Source: an uncultured Acidobacteriaceae bacterium (GTDB lineage Bacteria; Acidobacteriota; Terriglobia; Terriglobales; Acidobacteriaceae). Taken from it: a stretch of 64,000 nt of DNA. Positions 1 to 10,269 of the stretch are shown here, one piece after another. The position numbers and the translations under genes are program-made. The stretch covers positions 209,526-273,525 of the forward strand of contig CAWEXN010000007.1 of assembly GCA_963813015.1 (NCBI GenBank). The letters run 5' to 3'. Position 1 is the first letter of the stretch; the number at the start of each line of letters is the position of its first letter. The notes under the pieces are model-generated. The model was given only the letters and a program-made list of their open reading frames with translations, did no database searches and was not told the DNA's origin.

Positions 1-13
1 TCACATTGTCTCC

Positions 14-256
14 ATGAAGAGCATTACATTGCGCCAGCTGCGTGACACCAAGCAGGTGAAGACCTGGCTGCGCGCCGGCGTGCACATTGAAGTCCGCGAA
101 CGAAACGAAGTCATTGCGGATCTGGTGCCTCGAACCCCGCCGAAGCTGCCGGTGGAGTGGCCCGACTTTGAAGCGCGTGCGAAGAAGATTTTCGGCGATC
201 GAATCCTTCCCGGAGCAGACCTCCTCATTGAAGAGCGTGAGCGGAGCCGTTATTGA
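14..256 (+). CDS. Type II TA antitoxin, Phd/YefM-like
   Basis: 80 aa, MKSITLRQLRD...IEVRERNEVIADLVP N-terminus typical of Phd/YefM; its TGA stop overlaps the TTG start of the PIN toxin (TTGA at 253-256). Confidence 0.75.
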   Translation: MKSITLRQLRDTKQVKTWLRAGVHIEVRERNEVIADLVPRTPPKLPVEWPDFEARAKKIFGDRILPGADLLIEERERSRY

Positions 257-681
257 CGATCTACGCGGATAGCAGCTTCTTCGTCTCTCTTCATATCGTC
301 GACGCGCATTCTCATGAAGTGTGGCGCCGCATGCAGTCGAATCCTGCCATCTACCTCACACCTATTCATCGAATCGAGTTCGCACATGCCGCGTTTCTTC
401 ATGTTTTTTGGAAGAAGGCGACCGCGTTCGAGGCTGAGAGTGCGGTTTCCGCATTCAATGAAGATTGCGCGAACGGAATCTGGACTCTCGTCGCCTTCCC
501 CGAGAGTGCGTTCATGCGAAGCGTCGAGCTCGCGGCACGCTATGCGCCTTCAATCGGCGTGCGGAGCCTCGACTCACTCCACGTCGCATGCGCGCTGGAG
601 TTACGTGCCAACAAATTCTGGACCTTTGACGAGCGCCAGGCAAAGTTGGCTGAAGCCGTTGGCCTCGACACAAGCCCCTGA
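253..681 (+). CDS. vapC: PIN-domain toxin (VapC family)
   Basis: 142 aa with PIN acidic motifs IYADSS, IEF, SLDSLHVACA, TFDERQ; coupled to upstream antitoxin. Confidence 0.85.
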   Translation: MTIYADSSFFVSLHIVDAHSHEVWRRMQSNPAIYLTPIHRIEFAHAAFLHVFWKKATAFEAESAVSAFNEDCANGIWTLVAFPESAFMRSVELAARYAPSIGVRSLDSLHVACALELRANKFWTFDERQAKLAEAVGLDTSP

Positions 682-705
682 TTGCGTCGCGCGAGCGGGA
701 TCAAC

Positions 706-906
706 TCACTGCGGCGTAATGATTCCGCCCAGAGCGTGGCGACGCGGCAGAACGATGCCGCGGTGATCGACTTCGGCGGGCAACCTGCCGGAGTCGGATT
801 CAGGCAAGCGCTTTCGCTCCACCAGCGCGCCACCGCAGGCTGGGCACCAGTCTGCCTTCGTCTCTGCGGCAAGAACCGCGTGGCATTGGCTGCAGATCCG
901 TTCCAT
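706..906 (-). CDS. Small putative zinc-ribbon protein
   Basis: 66 aa from ATG 906: CSQC...CPAC pair; fills the gap between vapC and the HAD gene. Confidence 0.35.
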   Translation of the reverse strand: MERICSQCHAVLAAETKADWCPACGGALVERKRLPESDSGRLPAEVDHRGIVLPRRHALGGIITPQ

Positions 907-985
907 AGGTATGAGATTACCGGATTGGCACCCGGTAGCGAAATCGGCGTCGATCCTTCGTTCGACTGCCCGGTACACTTAAAGA

Positions 986-1867
986 ATGCACCCACCCCCG
1001 CGGCTCATCGCAATCGACGTGGATGGCACGCTACTGCCAACAGGTTCCCAAACGATCAGCGACCGCAATGCAAGGGCGCTCCGAGCGGCGCAGGAGGCGG
1101 GCATTACGGTTGCCATCGCCACGGGCCGCCGGCCGGCTTACACTTTGCCGTTGCTGGCTGGTCTCGGCTTGCGAGCGGATACGCCTCTGATCGCGTCCAA
1201 TGGTGCAGTGCTCTCGACGCTGGGCGGCGGTGTGATCGAACGCTGCCATATGCCGTCGCGGGTGGCGCGAGGCCTTTGCGGCGTTCTTCGGCCGTTTGGA
1301 GCGGTGGTCTTCACTTTTGATCGACCGGGACGTGGGGAGCTGGTGCTCGAAGATATCGATCATGCACATGGACGCATCGCGATGTGGGTCGAGACGAATC
1401 GGAATGCAATTGAAGTGGTGAAGCCGCTGGAGTTGGCGCTGGTTGATGGCGACGATCCCATTCAGGGTATGGCGGCGGGAACAATCTTCGAGATGAAAGA
1501 GGCTGAGAGAGCGTTGAAGGCGAGCGAGTGGGCTGCAGAATGTGAGGCTGTGCGGACGGAGTATCCGGCGCGCGACATTTCGATTCTGGACCTTCTGCCG
1601 CCGGGCGTATCAAAAGGATGGGCGCTGGAGCGGCTGGCTGCGCGGCTGGACGTGGATCGCAAGGAGACCATGGCCATCGGCGACAACTGGAACGACGCGG
1701 ATATGCTGGAGTGGGCAGGGCAGGGAATTGTGATGGCCAACGCGGCGCAGGAGCTGCGCACTGTGGCCAAGATGCGCGGATGGAAGCAGGCGCCGTCGAA
1801 CGATGAAGATGGCGTGGCCGTGGTGCTGGAACGAGTTCTGGCGAAGATGGCGCCAGCGGCAGTCTGA
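986..1867 (+). CDS. Cof-type HAD-IIB hydrolase
   Basis: DVDGTLL motif I, IATGR motif II, SKG, GDNWND motif IV. Confidence 0.92.
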   Translation: MHPPPRLIAIDVDGTLLPTGSQTISDRNARALRAAQEAGITVAIATGRRPAYTLPLLAGLGLRADTPLIASNGAVLSTLGGGVIERCHMPSRVARGLCGVLRPFGAVVFTFDRPGRGELVLEDIDHAHGRIAMWVETNRNAIEVVKPLELALVDGDDPIQGMAAGTIFEMKEAERALKASEWAAECEAVRTEYPARDISILDLLPPGVSKGWALERLAARLDVDRKETMAIGDNWNDADMLEWAGQGIVMANAAQELRTVAKMRGWKQAPSNDEDGVAVVLERVLAKMAPAAV

Positions 1868-1898
1868 GAGGATCATCGGTTTGGAATTGCGATTCAAA

Positions 1899-2633
1899 AT
1901 GCGCGCGACGGCAATCATCGGGGCAGTTGTTCTCGCCATAGGTGCTTTGCCGCACTCGGCCCGCGCCGGCGAGCGCGTGACGCTCAGCAACGGCTTCGTC
2001 GAGCAGTGCGATCATCACGCCCTGGTTGAGGGCCGCATGCGCCTCTATTTGAGCACAGGCGAGGATAGCTATATCGAATTCGATCCCGCGGAGATTGTGA
2101 ACTTCGAATCAACTCCCGATCCACCGGCGCCGGCTTCGCCCGATCCCCTGGCCAAGCCTCATGCGCAGACGCGCCTCACGCCAGGCGACCTGCACGAAAT
2201 GCTCACGCGAGCCGGAGCGGACCACAATCTCGACGTGGACCTGCTGGCCAGTGTGGTGAAAGCCGAGAGTGATGGCAATGCCCGTGCCGTGAGCCGTGCT
2301 GGTGCGCAAGGCCTGATGCAACTGATGCCTGGAACGGCTGCCGGGCTCGGCGTGAAGGACAGCTTTGAGCCCAATGAAAATGTACGCGGCGGATCGACTT
2401 ATCTCGATGCGCTGCTCACGAAATACCACGACAATCTTGCCTTGGCGCTGGCCGCTTACAACGCAGGCCCCGAAGCCGTCGACAAGTATCATGGCATTCC
2501 GCCGTACCGCGAAACTCATGCGTATGTCGCGCGCGTGATTCACGAATTCAATCGGCGCGTTCTGGCTCGCGAAGCGGAGGCCAGGCGAACCGGCACGGTC
2601 GCAAACGCTCCAGCCGCACAGCCCACTCCGTAG
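1899..2633 (+). CDS. Secreted lytic transglycosylase (SLT domain)
   Basis: Signal peptide from ATG 1899; AES catalytic Glu, GAQGLMQLMPGT, AAYNAG, PYRET motifs. Confidence 0.9.
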   Translation: MRATAIIGAVVLAIGALPHSARAGERVTLSNGFVEQCDHHALVEGRMRLYLSTGEDSYIEFDPAEIVNFESTPDPPAPASPDPLAKPHAQTRLTPGDLHEMLTRAGADHNLDVDLLASVVKAESDGNARAVSRAGAQGLMQLMPGTAAGLGVKDSFEPNENVRGGSTYLDALLTKYHDNLALALAAYNAGPEAVDKYHGIPPYRETHAYVARVIHEFNRRVLAREAEARRTGTVANAPAAQPTP

Positions 2634-2786
2634 TTCTGTCCGGGCGCGGATTCTTTACTGATCATTCACACTTGGCACAGCCATTGACTCAGCGGGGACC
2701 GGGTGCAAATCTCCATCATCTCTCGCCCGCGAGCGCGTGAGAACATACCCATAGACTTTAATGACGAGCTTCCTGACGGAGAATCT

Positions 2787-3960
2787 GTGAAGAAGAGCCG
2801 ATGGATTCTGGGATTGGTTCTTTTGCTGGCGCTGGCCGCCCTGTTTCTGTGGGCGCGATCGCAGAGTTCACTTCGACTTTCAGGTTTTCGCTGCGCAGGT
2901 TGCGCTCGCCGACTGGCGAAAAATTGCCATCGGCACCGCCTTGATCTATTTGGCCTTTGTCTTTCGCGCGGCTCGCTGGACCATGCTCATGCGGCACAAC
3001 AAGAAAGTGCCGCTCTTCTCTCTCCTGGGAACCCAGCTCATGGGCTTCACTGCAGTGGCGCTTATCGGGCGCTTTGCCGATCCGGTCCGGCCTTACCTGG
3101 TCGCGAAGAAAACCGGAGAACCGTTGGGCTCGCAGGTTGCCGTGTACATCGTCGAACGGCTTTTCGACTTTGGTTCCATGGCGCTGATCTTTTCGCTGGC
3201 TCTTTTGTGGATTCCGCAGACCGCCCTCAGCGCGGCTCCCGGTCACGCTGGATTTCTTAGCCATCTTTTCGCGCCGCTCATCCAACGCTATCCGATTTTT
3301 TCCGTCATTTTCGCTCGATTTGGAGCGCTGCTCGCTACCTTGGCCGGAGTTCTTCTTCTGGTAGCTGTGCGCTTATCGGGCAATGCTGTGGCCAGTTTTT
3401 TTGAGCAATCATTCGGCCTGGTTTCCAAAAGCCTGGGCCAGGCGGCCGGCCACAAAATCAGAACCTTTCACGCCGGGCTCGACGTGATCCACAGCCTCTC
3501 TGATTTCGCCATCTCCGCATCCATCTCGCTCAGCATGTGGATCCTGATTGCGCTCGCCTACCTCGAAACGGTGCACGCCTTCACCGCCAGCCCCCCCTTG
3601 GCCACGATGAGCTTTTCAAGGTGCGTTCTGCTTATGATGATCAGTGGCGGCGTGAGCGTCGTGCAGCTTCCGGTCCTGGGTTGGTTTTCGCAAACCGCCT
3701 TTGTGGCTGCGGCGCTCTCCAGTTTGTTTGGCGCAACGCCCGAGGCTGCTACCGCCTGCGCAGCTACCATTTTGCTCGGCACATTCCTCTGCGTGATTCC
3801 CGCAGGGCTCATCTGGGCACAATTCGAGCATGTGAGTCTGCGCAAGGTCACCGCCGAGAGCGAACACGCCGAGGAAGAACTCGCCGTGAATGACCAAAGC
3901 GGCGTTGCACCAGCAGAAAGCAGTTCCTCGCCGGCTGTTGATCGAATCAGCCCGCGCTGA
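2787..3960 (+). CDS. Lysylphosphatidylglycerol synthase TM / flippase-like membrane protein (one frameshift near 2863)
   Basis: GTG 2787 with GGAGA RBS; frames join as ...LWARS/RVHFDFQVFAAQVALADW...; RAARW, GRFADPVRP, VERLFD motifs; multiple TM helices. Confidence 0.8.
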
Positions 3961-4303
3961 AATATTCTCGCGCCTCTCTCCGGAAGAGGAAATAGGCGAT
4001 CAGCGCAAGCAGCGCGCTATGAATCAGAAGCCCATGCATCAAATGCAACGCGCTGATGACCACGTGCGCAGCGATCCAGGCCAGTGCCAGCCACCGTGCC
4101 CAGCTCTGGCCACTCAGCATGAACGCGCCGGCTAGAACCGCAGCCGCTCCGAGCGCGGTGATCCAGACAAACTCATTGACCAGGGGCTTGTGCGACCTGA
4201 AATTCGCATAGTGCGCGGCCGTGCTCAGCACACCGATAGCAATATAGAGCCAGCTAAGAATCGTGATCGTAATTGGACGCTTTTTTGTCTGGACTTCTGC
4301 CAC
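3947..4303 (-). CDS. Small hypothetical membrane protein (about 4 TM)
   Basis: GTG 4303 with AGGAGA RBS; hydrophobic segments. Confidence 0.6.
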   Translation of the reverse strand: MAEVQTKKRPITITILSWLYIAIGVLSTAAHYANFRSHKPLVNEFVWITALGAAAVLAGAFMLSGQSWARWLALAWIAAHVVISALHLMHGLLIHSALLALIAYFLFRREAREYFSAG

Positions 4304-4325
4304 CGGAGTGTCTCCTGCGTTGCTC

Positions 4326-5024
4326 CTACTTGAAAACCGGCGGCGGAATTCTAGCTCCGGCCCCCTGCGCTTCGGCGCTCGGCGTCTTCGAATACTGAAT
4401 CGTCTCCGGCCCCACTGCACCCCCGGTCATCACCATGCTCATCGCCTGTTCCATGGTCAGGTCGGTCTCGATCACACGATCCATCGGAAGAATCTGCAGA
4501 AAGGCGGAGGTGGGGTTGATGGCGTTCGGAACCAGCACTGCTGCCAGCGGTTGGCCGCTCGTGGCGTCGGTCATGGTGCGCGTCAGGAACCCGATGCTCT
4601 TTTGGCCGGCGATAGGGAAGTCGATCAGCACCACGCGCTGGCTCGCATCTTTCTTGGCCATCATCGTGTCCAGCAGTTGACGCACCGAGGTGTAAACCTT
4701 GGCCACGAAAGGTAGCCGCTCGAGGATTGACTCGAACAGCCCGAAGGCCTGGCGGCCGATGACCAGAGAAGTGATTCGGCCCACGATGTAAAGCACAATC
4801 AGCGTGAGCAGAATCGCCATCACGGGCTGAATCCATGTGTAGCGAAACCACGCCTCGGGAAGCAGCGGGGCCAGCAAACGCACCGCAGGCAATCCCGCCT
4901 GAGCAAGCTCATTCAGCAGAAAACTGAAGATCAGATAGGTGACGAAGAGCGGGCCAATGGTGATGATTCCGGCCAGGATACTTCGCTGCACACTGCGCAG
5001 CGTGCGGCTCACATGTGCCTTCAC
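4326..5024 (-). CDS. DUF502 domain membrane protein
   Basis: GTG 5024 with GAGGAG RBS; LPFVAKVYTSVRQL, VLIDFP, VPNAINPTSAFL, AMSMVMTGG match DUF502 pattern. Confidence 0.8.
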   Translation of the reverse strand: MKAHVSRTLRSVQRSILAGIITIGPLFVTYLIFSFLLNELAQAGLPAVRLLAPLLPEAWFRYTWIQPVMAILLTLIVLYIVGRITSLVIGRQAFGLFESILERLPFVAKVYTSVRQLLDTMMAKKDASQRVVLIDFPIAGQKSIGFLTRTMTDATSGQPLAAVLVPNAINPTSAFLQILPMDRVIETDLTMEQAMSMVMTGGAVGPETIQYSKTPSAEAQGAGARIPPPVFK

Positions 5025-5157
5025 GCGATTCTCCTCGTTTTGAGAATACGCTGGGGCCGACCGCGCCGAGTGGTCGCAGTGGATAAATCGGAGTTCCAAA
5101 CGGACGCCAAATGAGCTATATATGAGGATTGCCTGATGCAATTCGAGAAGGACTTCC

Positions 5158-5784
5158 ATGAATCAGCACGACAGCATCGAATCCATCGACCGGGCCTCAT
5201 TGTCTCAAAGATCCGACGCGCAGCAGTCTCGAGTGATGGGTTCGCCATTACCGATGGGCTCGGGCCGACGTCCGATGGGTTCCCCGGCCCCAGGGAATCG
5301 TATACCCCCCGGCCGCGCGCTTCCGGCATCGACGAGCGAGGACGAGCCCAGCGGCGCGCAACGCGCCATGAACTTGTTTCGCACGGTCATGCCCATCGTG
5401 CAGCGCCTTCTGCCTCTGCTTGAAGGGAATGTAATCACTGCAATCTCTAATGTGCTGACTCCACGGCCGCAAGCTCCGCCGCCCGCGCCCAAAGTCGACC
5501 TGGCGCCTCTTGAGACCAGCCTGGCGGAGCTGCAGACCGAGCATCGCGGCCTGCGCGAACAGGTGACGGAGCAGAACGCCTCACTCAAGCGCGTCGAAGA
5601 TCAGTTGGAAATGGTGCGCGAAGCCACGGACCGCAATACTCTCGAGCAGCAGGAGCTGCTTGAAGATCTAAAGACATTTTCCAGTAGGGTAAAAGTCGTC
5701 GCGGTGATCGCAATCGGAATGCTGGTCATCGGCATTGTGCTGAACCTGATTTTGTTCCTGCACATTCAGCGCGTTCTGCCCTAA
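5158..5784 (+). CDS. Hypothetical protein with coiled coil and C-terminal TM anchor
   Basis: 208 aa ORF; heptad-rich segment then hydrophobic C-terminus. Confidence 0.6.
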   Translation: MNQHDSIESIDRASLSQRSDAQQSRVMGSPLPMGSGRRPMGSPAPGNRIPPGRALPASTSEDEPSGAQRAMNLFRTVMPIVQRLLPLLEGNVITAISNVLTPRPQAPPPAPKVDLAPLETSLAELQTEHRGLREQVTEQNASLKRVEDQLEMVREATDRNTLEQQELLEDLKTFSSRVKVVAVIAIGMLVIGIVLNLILFLHIQRVLP

Positions 5785-6776
5785 AGCTCCAGCACGTTGT
5801 CTTCGATCGCCAGCCGCACGTTGCCGTCGGACTTGGCCAGGCGCCGCACTGCTTCTGGCTTGTCCACCTTGGCTCTCAACATCACCAGCGCCACGGGCAC
5901 GCTGCGCCCTGCGCTCTTGATGGTGTCGACAGCGGTCGCGCGATCAATGTTGCAGGCCGACATCAGAATGCGAATGCCGCGTTCCACCAGCTTCGAGTTC
6001 TGCATGTGCACGTTGACCATCAGGTTTTCGTAAACGTAGCCCAGGCGCGTCATGGCGCCGGTGGTGATCATATTCAGAATCATCTTCTGCGCGCTGCCGG
6101 CCTTCATGCGCGTCGATCCCGAGATGACCTCGGCGCCGACATCGGCCACGACGACGATATCGGCTGCTTCCGACAAGGGTGTTGCCTGATTGCAGGTCAC
6201 CGCGGCGGTGTGCGCTCCTCGCGCACGGGCGTAGGCTACGGCCGCGACAACGTAAGGCGTGCGCCCGGAAGCCGAGACACCAACCACAATATCCTTGCGC
6301 GTGGGGCGGCGGCGTGCGATGTCGCGCTGACCCAGCTCTTCGGAGTCTTCATTCACTTCGACGGCGGATGCAAGCGCCTTGGGTCCGCCAGCCATGATGT
6401 ATTGCACTTGACCCGGCGCAGTGGAGTAGGTGGGAGGACATTCCGATGCATCGAGGGCCGCGATGCGCCCGCTGGAACCGGCGCCAACGTAGATCAAACG
6501 GCCGCCATCGCGAAGACATCGCGCAACCTGGTCGATGACGGCGGCGATCTCGGGTATGGCCTTCTTGACTGCCGCGGCGATCTTCGCATCTTCGTGATTG
6601 ATGATGCGAGCGATTTCCAGCGCGGATTTTGTGTCGAGCCCCTGAGACGCCTCGTTCTGGCTCTCAGTGGTGAGTTGCTGAAGCAGGTTGGCCTGGTCGT
6701 TGTGGTGCCCGTTGGATCGGGAGCCGGCCGTTTCCTGCAGCGTCGTCATTGGTAACATCGCGTCAGACCCCAGCAT
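5781..6776 (-). CDS. murQ: N-acetylmuramic acid 6-phosphate etherase
   Basis: GAGSSGRIAALDASECPPTY, EDS, GVSASGRTPYV, EVISGSTRMKAGSAQKMILNM, NSKL motifs; true start may be 6758 or 6749. Confidence 0.93.
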   Translation of the reverse strand: MLGSDAMLPMTTLQETAGSRSNGHHNDQANLLQQLTTESQNEASQGLDTKSALEIARIINHEDAKIAAAVKKAIPEIAAVIDQVARCLRDGGRLIYVGAGSSGRIAALDASECPPTYSTAPGQVQYIMAGGPKALASAVEVNEDSEELGQRDIARRRPTRKDIVVGVSASGRTPYVVAAVAYARARGAHTAAVTCNQATPLSEAADIVVVADVGAEVISGSTRMKAGSAQKMILNMITTGAMTRLGYVYENLMVNVHMQNSKLVERGIRILMSACNIDRATAVDTIKSAGRSVPVALVMLRAKVDKPEAVRRLAKSDGNVRLAIEDNVLEL

Positions 6777-6858
6777 TGATTGTATCTATAAAATCGGTCA
6801 AGGCCCTACACAAATTTCGTCAGGCCAGAGCCGCTTCGGTAACCTTCTAACCTTACTT

Positions 6859-7974
6859 TCAGAGCGCTTCGCGAACCGCGTCATGAAAGGCGGGCCGGAC
6901 CTCGCGAATCAGCTGATTCTTTCGATCAGGCCAGGTGCGATTGGTGAGCAGAACAACACTTATAGCCGCATCCAAATCGATCCAAAGCGAGCAGCCGCTG
7001 AATCCAAGATGGCCGACGGAATGACTCGAGAAATGTTCGCCTGCCGAAGAAAAGTTAAGCGAAGGCGTGTCCCAGCCCAGCGCGCGCGTGCTTCCCTCCG
7101 GCCCTTGCCGTTGGGTGAATTGTTTCAGGAGCTCCGCTCCTTCAGGATTTGGAGCAGGGAACTGGGAATTCAGAATGGCTTTTGAAAAGCGCAGGAGATC
7201 CGCAATATTGGAGAAAAGCCCTGCATGCCCTGAGATGCCCCCGAGTACCCATGCGTTTTCATCCTGAACCTCTCCTTGAATCAGGCGATGGCGAAACCAT
7301 GTGTCTAGTTCCGTGGGGGGAATTGAGCTGCGCTCGGCTGGGGCAGGGCAGAATCCGGTCGCGTCCATCGCCAGCGGCCCGAAAACCTCGCTCCTGAGCC
7401 AGACATCCAGCGGTTTGCCCATTCGCGCTTCGAGCGCCTTGCCAAGCAGAATGAAGCCGGGATCGGAGTATTCGGCCCGCGTCCCCGGTTCGGCTTCAAG
7501 GGGCAATTCCAGGCAAGCGCGCATGAGCGCCTCTGGCGTGGATGCGCTGCGGAACAGCTCCACGTCACCCGGCAAACCCGAATTGTGCGCGAGCAGGTGG
7601 TGCAAGGTCACCCGGCGGGCCGCATCTCCCGGCGCTCGGCCGGTCAGAAACCCAGGCAAAATCTCGCCCAGCGGCGTTTCCAGGTCGATCTGCCCGCGCT
7701 TGACCAGCAGCATCGCCGCAGCGGTTGTGCCCACGACTTTCGTCAGGCTGGCCACGTCGAATCGGGCTTCCGCGCTGATAGCCGGCGAATCTGCCTCGTA
7801 GGTAAATCGCCCCAGCGCACCCTTCAGGACCGCTTCACCGCCGGCCAGCACTCCAAACGCGCATCCGGGAAAGGCCCGCGCCGCAATCGCCTCTTCCAGC
7901 ACCCGATAGGCCGAGGCAAACCGGCTTTTAGCCAGGCCGTGGCCGGCCGCGGATGATTGAGACATTTGGGCCAT
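6859..7974 (-). CDS. Beta-lactamase-family serine hydrolase (AmiE-like peptidoglycan-recycling amidase candidate)
   Basis: SLTK (SxxK), YSD, LLAHNSGL, GHAGLFS, HLGFSG; directly upstream of murQ on the same strand; start uncertain (7974/7965). Confidence 0.85.
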   Translation of the reverse strand: MAQMSQSSAAGHGLAKSRFASAYRVLEEAIAARAFPGCAFGVLAGGEAVLKGALGRFTYEADSPAISAEARFDVASLTKVVGTTAAAMLLVKRGQIDLETPLGEILPGFLTGRAPGDAARRVTLHHLLAHNSGLPGDVELFRSASTPEALMRACLELPLEAEPGTRAEYSDPGFILLGKALEARMGKPLDVWLRSEVFGPLAMDATGFCPAPAERSSIPPTELDTWFRHRLIQGEVQDENAWVLGGISGHAGLFSNIADLLRFSKAILNSQFPAPNPEGAELLKQFTQRQGPEGSTRALGWDTPSLNFSSAGEHFSSHSVGHLGFSGCSLWIDLDAAISVVLLTNRTWPDRKNQLIREVRPAFHDAVREAL

Positions 7975-8107
7975 CGCTTTCTGGCATGGTAACGCGCCCA
8001 GACCCTCTCCGCCGCGCCCCGCCCATTTTTCACCGGCAGCGCAAACCAACTAGAGCTATCCTTGTGTGCGGGAGCTTCGTCTATCCAACTGAACGCGGAG
8101 GGTTAGC

Positions 8108-9085
8108 ATGTCAAGGCTGCTGAACGGCTATCGGGCAGCAATTCTGGCCTCTTTGGTTGCCGTAGGCCTTGTCTCAACCAATCCGGGCCTCTGCTCCGCT
8201 CAGACCCCAGCCTCGCCCCAGCCCGCCGCAAACACACCCGCACCGGCAGCCACTGAGCCCACGGCATCGCCGGCCGCGAGCCCCGCAACGGAAGCCGCGC
8301 CCCCTCAACCTGGGGCGCCAACCGAAGCGGCGGAGCCCTCTCCCGAGCCTCCCGGCCTGGCAGACACTGCCCCAGCAAGAAAGATCTACACGGTGCCCGC
8401 CGGAACGAAGATTTTGCTGGAGTTGCGCAGCGCCATTAACACAAAGTCGGCCAAAGCTGGCGACGGTGTCTATCTTTCGTCCACCTTTCCTGTCGTGGTG
8501 GGCAACCGGGTCATGATCCCCACTGGCGTTTACGTGCAGGGGGTGGTCGACCGGGTGCAGCGCGGGGGGATGAAGGCTAAGGCACAGCTGGATATGCACT
8601 TTACCTCGATCATCTTCCCCAACGGCTCCGTGGTTGAGATTCCGGGCGTGGTGGACAATGTTCCCGGCTCAAAGAACCAGACCGTGAAGAACAACGACGA
8701 AGGAACCATTGAGCAGAACGGCGATAAAGGCCGGAACGCGGGCCAGGCCGCCGAAATCGCCTTGCCCACAGGTGCCGGCGTTGGCACCATCGGCGGCGCT
8801 GCTTCAGGACATCCAATTGAGGGCGGTCTTGCCGGCCTGGGCGCCGGCCTGGCCACCGTGGGCATTGTTTCGCTGTTCACGCGCAACGCCGACGTCGATA
8901 TTCCCCGTGGCACGCAGGTAGAGATGGTCCTGCAACGTCCGCTGATTTTGGAAGACGAGAATTTGGCCGGAGTTGGCGATCCAGGAACCGCGCCCGCTTT
9001 GGTTCCGGTCGCTAACCAGCAGAAACCCATCACGAATCACCGCCCACGGATCCTTTGCCCACCAGGCGGGCTGGGCTGCGAGTAA
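8108..9085 (+). CDS. Secreted TrbI/VirB10-like domain protein
   Basis: Signal peptide, Pro/Ala-rich linker, VPAGTKILLELRSAINTKSAKAGD...IPTG..V.G.V motif, glycine-zipper helix pair. Confidence 0.7.
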   Translation: MSRLLNGYRAAILASLVAVGLVSTNPGLCSAQTPASPQPAANTPAPAATEPTASPAASPATEAAPPQPGAPTEAAEPSPEPPGLADTAPARKIYTVPAGTKILLELRSAINTKSAKAGDGVYLSSTFPVVVGNRVMIPTGVYVQGVVDRVQRGGMKAKAQLDMHFTSIIFPNGSVVEIPGVVDNVPGSKNQTVKNNDEGTIEQNGDKGRNAGQAAEIALPTGAGVGTIGGAASGHPIEGGLAGLGAGLATVGIVSLFTRNADVDIPRGTQVEMVLQRPLILEDENLAGVGDPGTAPALVPVANQQKPITNHRPRILCPPGGLGCE

Positions 9086-9147
9086 GGCCAGTGATGCGAA
9101 TCGGCTGATCGGATTGCGAAGCAGCCAGCTGGTTTTTTTCTGGAGTT

Positions 9148-9975
9148 CTAAATAAGTTTCGCGTCGGGCGCGACCACACCGGCGCGCATCAGCACGCAGC
9201 TTCCATTCTGGTCGCACCTGTAGTGGACATCGGAACGGTACGATTCCCAAGATACCGCGTTTCCGGCGGCAACCGTTGTTCCCAGAGCAAACGTTCTGCC
9301 GTCGCTGGTTTGAATCGTTCCGGTGGAGGCACTGTAGTCCGAAACCGTCAGCACCCCTTCGGTGTAAAGGCTCGCCGGGGCAGGGGTATCAAGGCTCCAT
9401 TGTGTTGTATTCAGAGCAGTTGGAGGCGCCGACTGATCAGCAACCGGTTCCTGCTGCTCCGGTTTGGCAGAGGGCAGGACCATCATTTTTGCGACCCTGT
9501 ATGTCTTGCCTTCCAGCTTGAGTGTCGCGGGTTTGAGCGCGTCAGGCGTTTTGTTGAGAGCTACCTCGACATTGGATGGCGCGGTTGCAGAACGTGAGGC
9601 GCTCGTTGTAGCAGGGTTCACCTTTGCCGGGCGCAATTCGACGGTCGGGTTGGCAGCGGTATTCGCGGCAACCGGGGTCGAACTGGCAATGGGTGCAGCG
9701 GCAATTGCCGGTTGTGTGGCTTGCGCAGGGCTGGCGTTCGCGGCAAGGTTGGCTGAGGGTGCGGCGCTGGTTTGGACGGAATCACTCGAAGCTGCCACAG
9801 AGTTATAGGAGGCATTGACCAACGCGAGCGTAAGCCCCGTGGCTGTGCCTACCGAGACGCCAAGTGAGACGCAGAGAATGGGCAGGATGAGCCGGTGTAG
9901 CGAAAACGGTGTCGACGCCGGCAAGCGGGATCCGGATACGAAGGCAACTTGGGGGGATTCGACAAGAGTGGCCAT
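9148..9975 (-). CDS. Hypothetical membrane-anchored protein
   Basis: N-terminal TM, Ala/Pro/Thr-rich linker, small C-terminal beta-rich domain with a Cys pair. Confidence 0.65.
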   Translation of the reverse strand: MATLVESPQVAFVSGSRLPASTPFSLHRLILPILCVSLGVSVGTATGLTLALVNASYNSVAASSDSVQTSAAPSANLAANASPAQATQPAIAAAPIASSTPVAANTAANPTVELRPAKVNPATTSASRSATAPSNVEVALNKTPDALKPATLKLEGKTYRVAKMMVLPSAKPEQQEPVADQSAPPTALNTTQWSLDTPAPASLYTEGVLTVSDYSASTGTIQTSDGRTFALGTTVAAGNAVSWESYRSDVHYRCDQNGSCVLMRAGVVAPDAKLI

Positions 9976-10269
9976 GCTCCTCCAATGAATCTAGCCGCTG
10001 AAACATTACTGAGTGAGGGTTCTCGCGTACTGGAGTCATTAAACGATTTTCGCGGGTGCTCAACAATCCACCGAATGGGGCATTACTAAACTGCCATGCG
10101 TGGGGATTTGTCAGGGTAGCCGGAACGACCGCACGTCGGAGTCAGGAAAAATGCAATGCGAGCTTCAGTACCGTTCGGCTTACACCCCATTTTCGACAGA
10201 AGTCTTTACTCCCAGGGTGCCTTGCGAGTGCAAGAAGGCGCAGTTCAGGAGTAATCTGGAACCATAGAG

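Noticed and set aside
2672-2687. Sigma54 promoter TTGGCACAGCCATTGA
   Set aside because: The -12 element is GA rather than the near-invariant GC.
6859-7974. Antibiotic-resistance beta-lactamase
   Set aside because: Fold family only; YSD and HLG motifs and murQ linkage favour a cell-wall recycling hydrolase.
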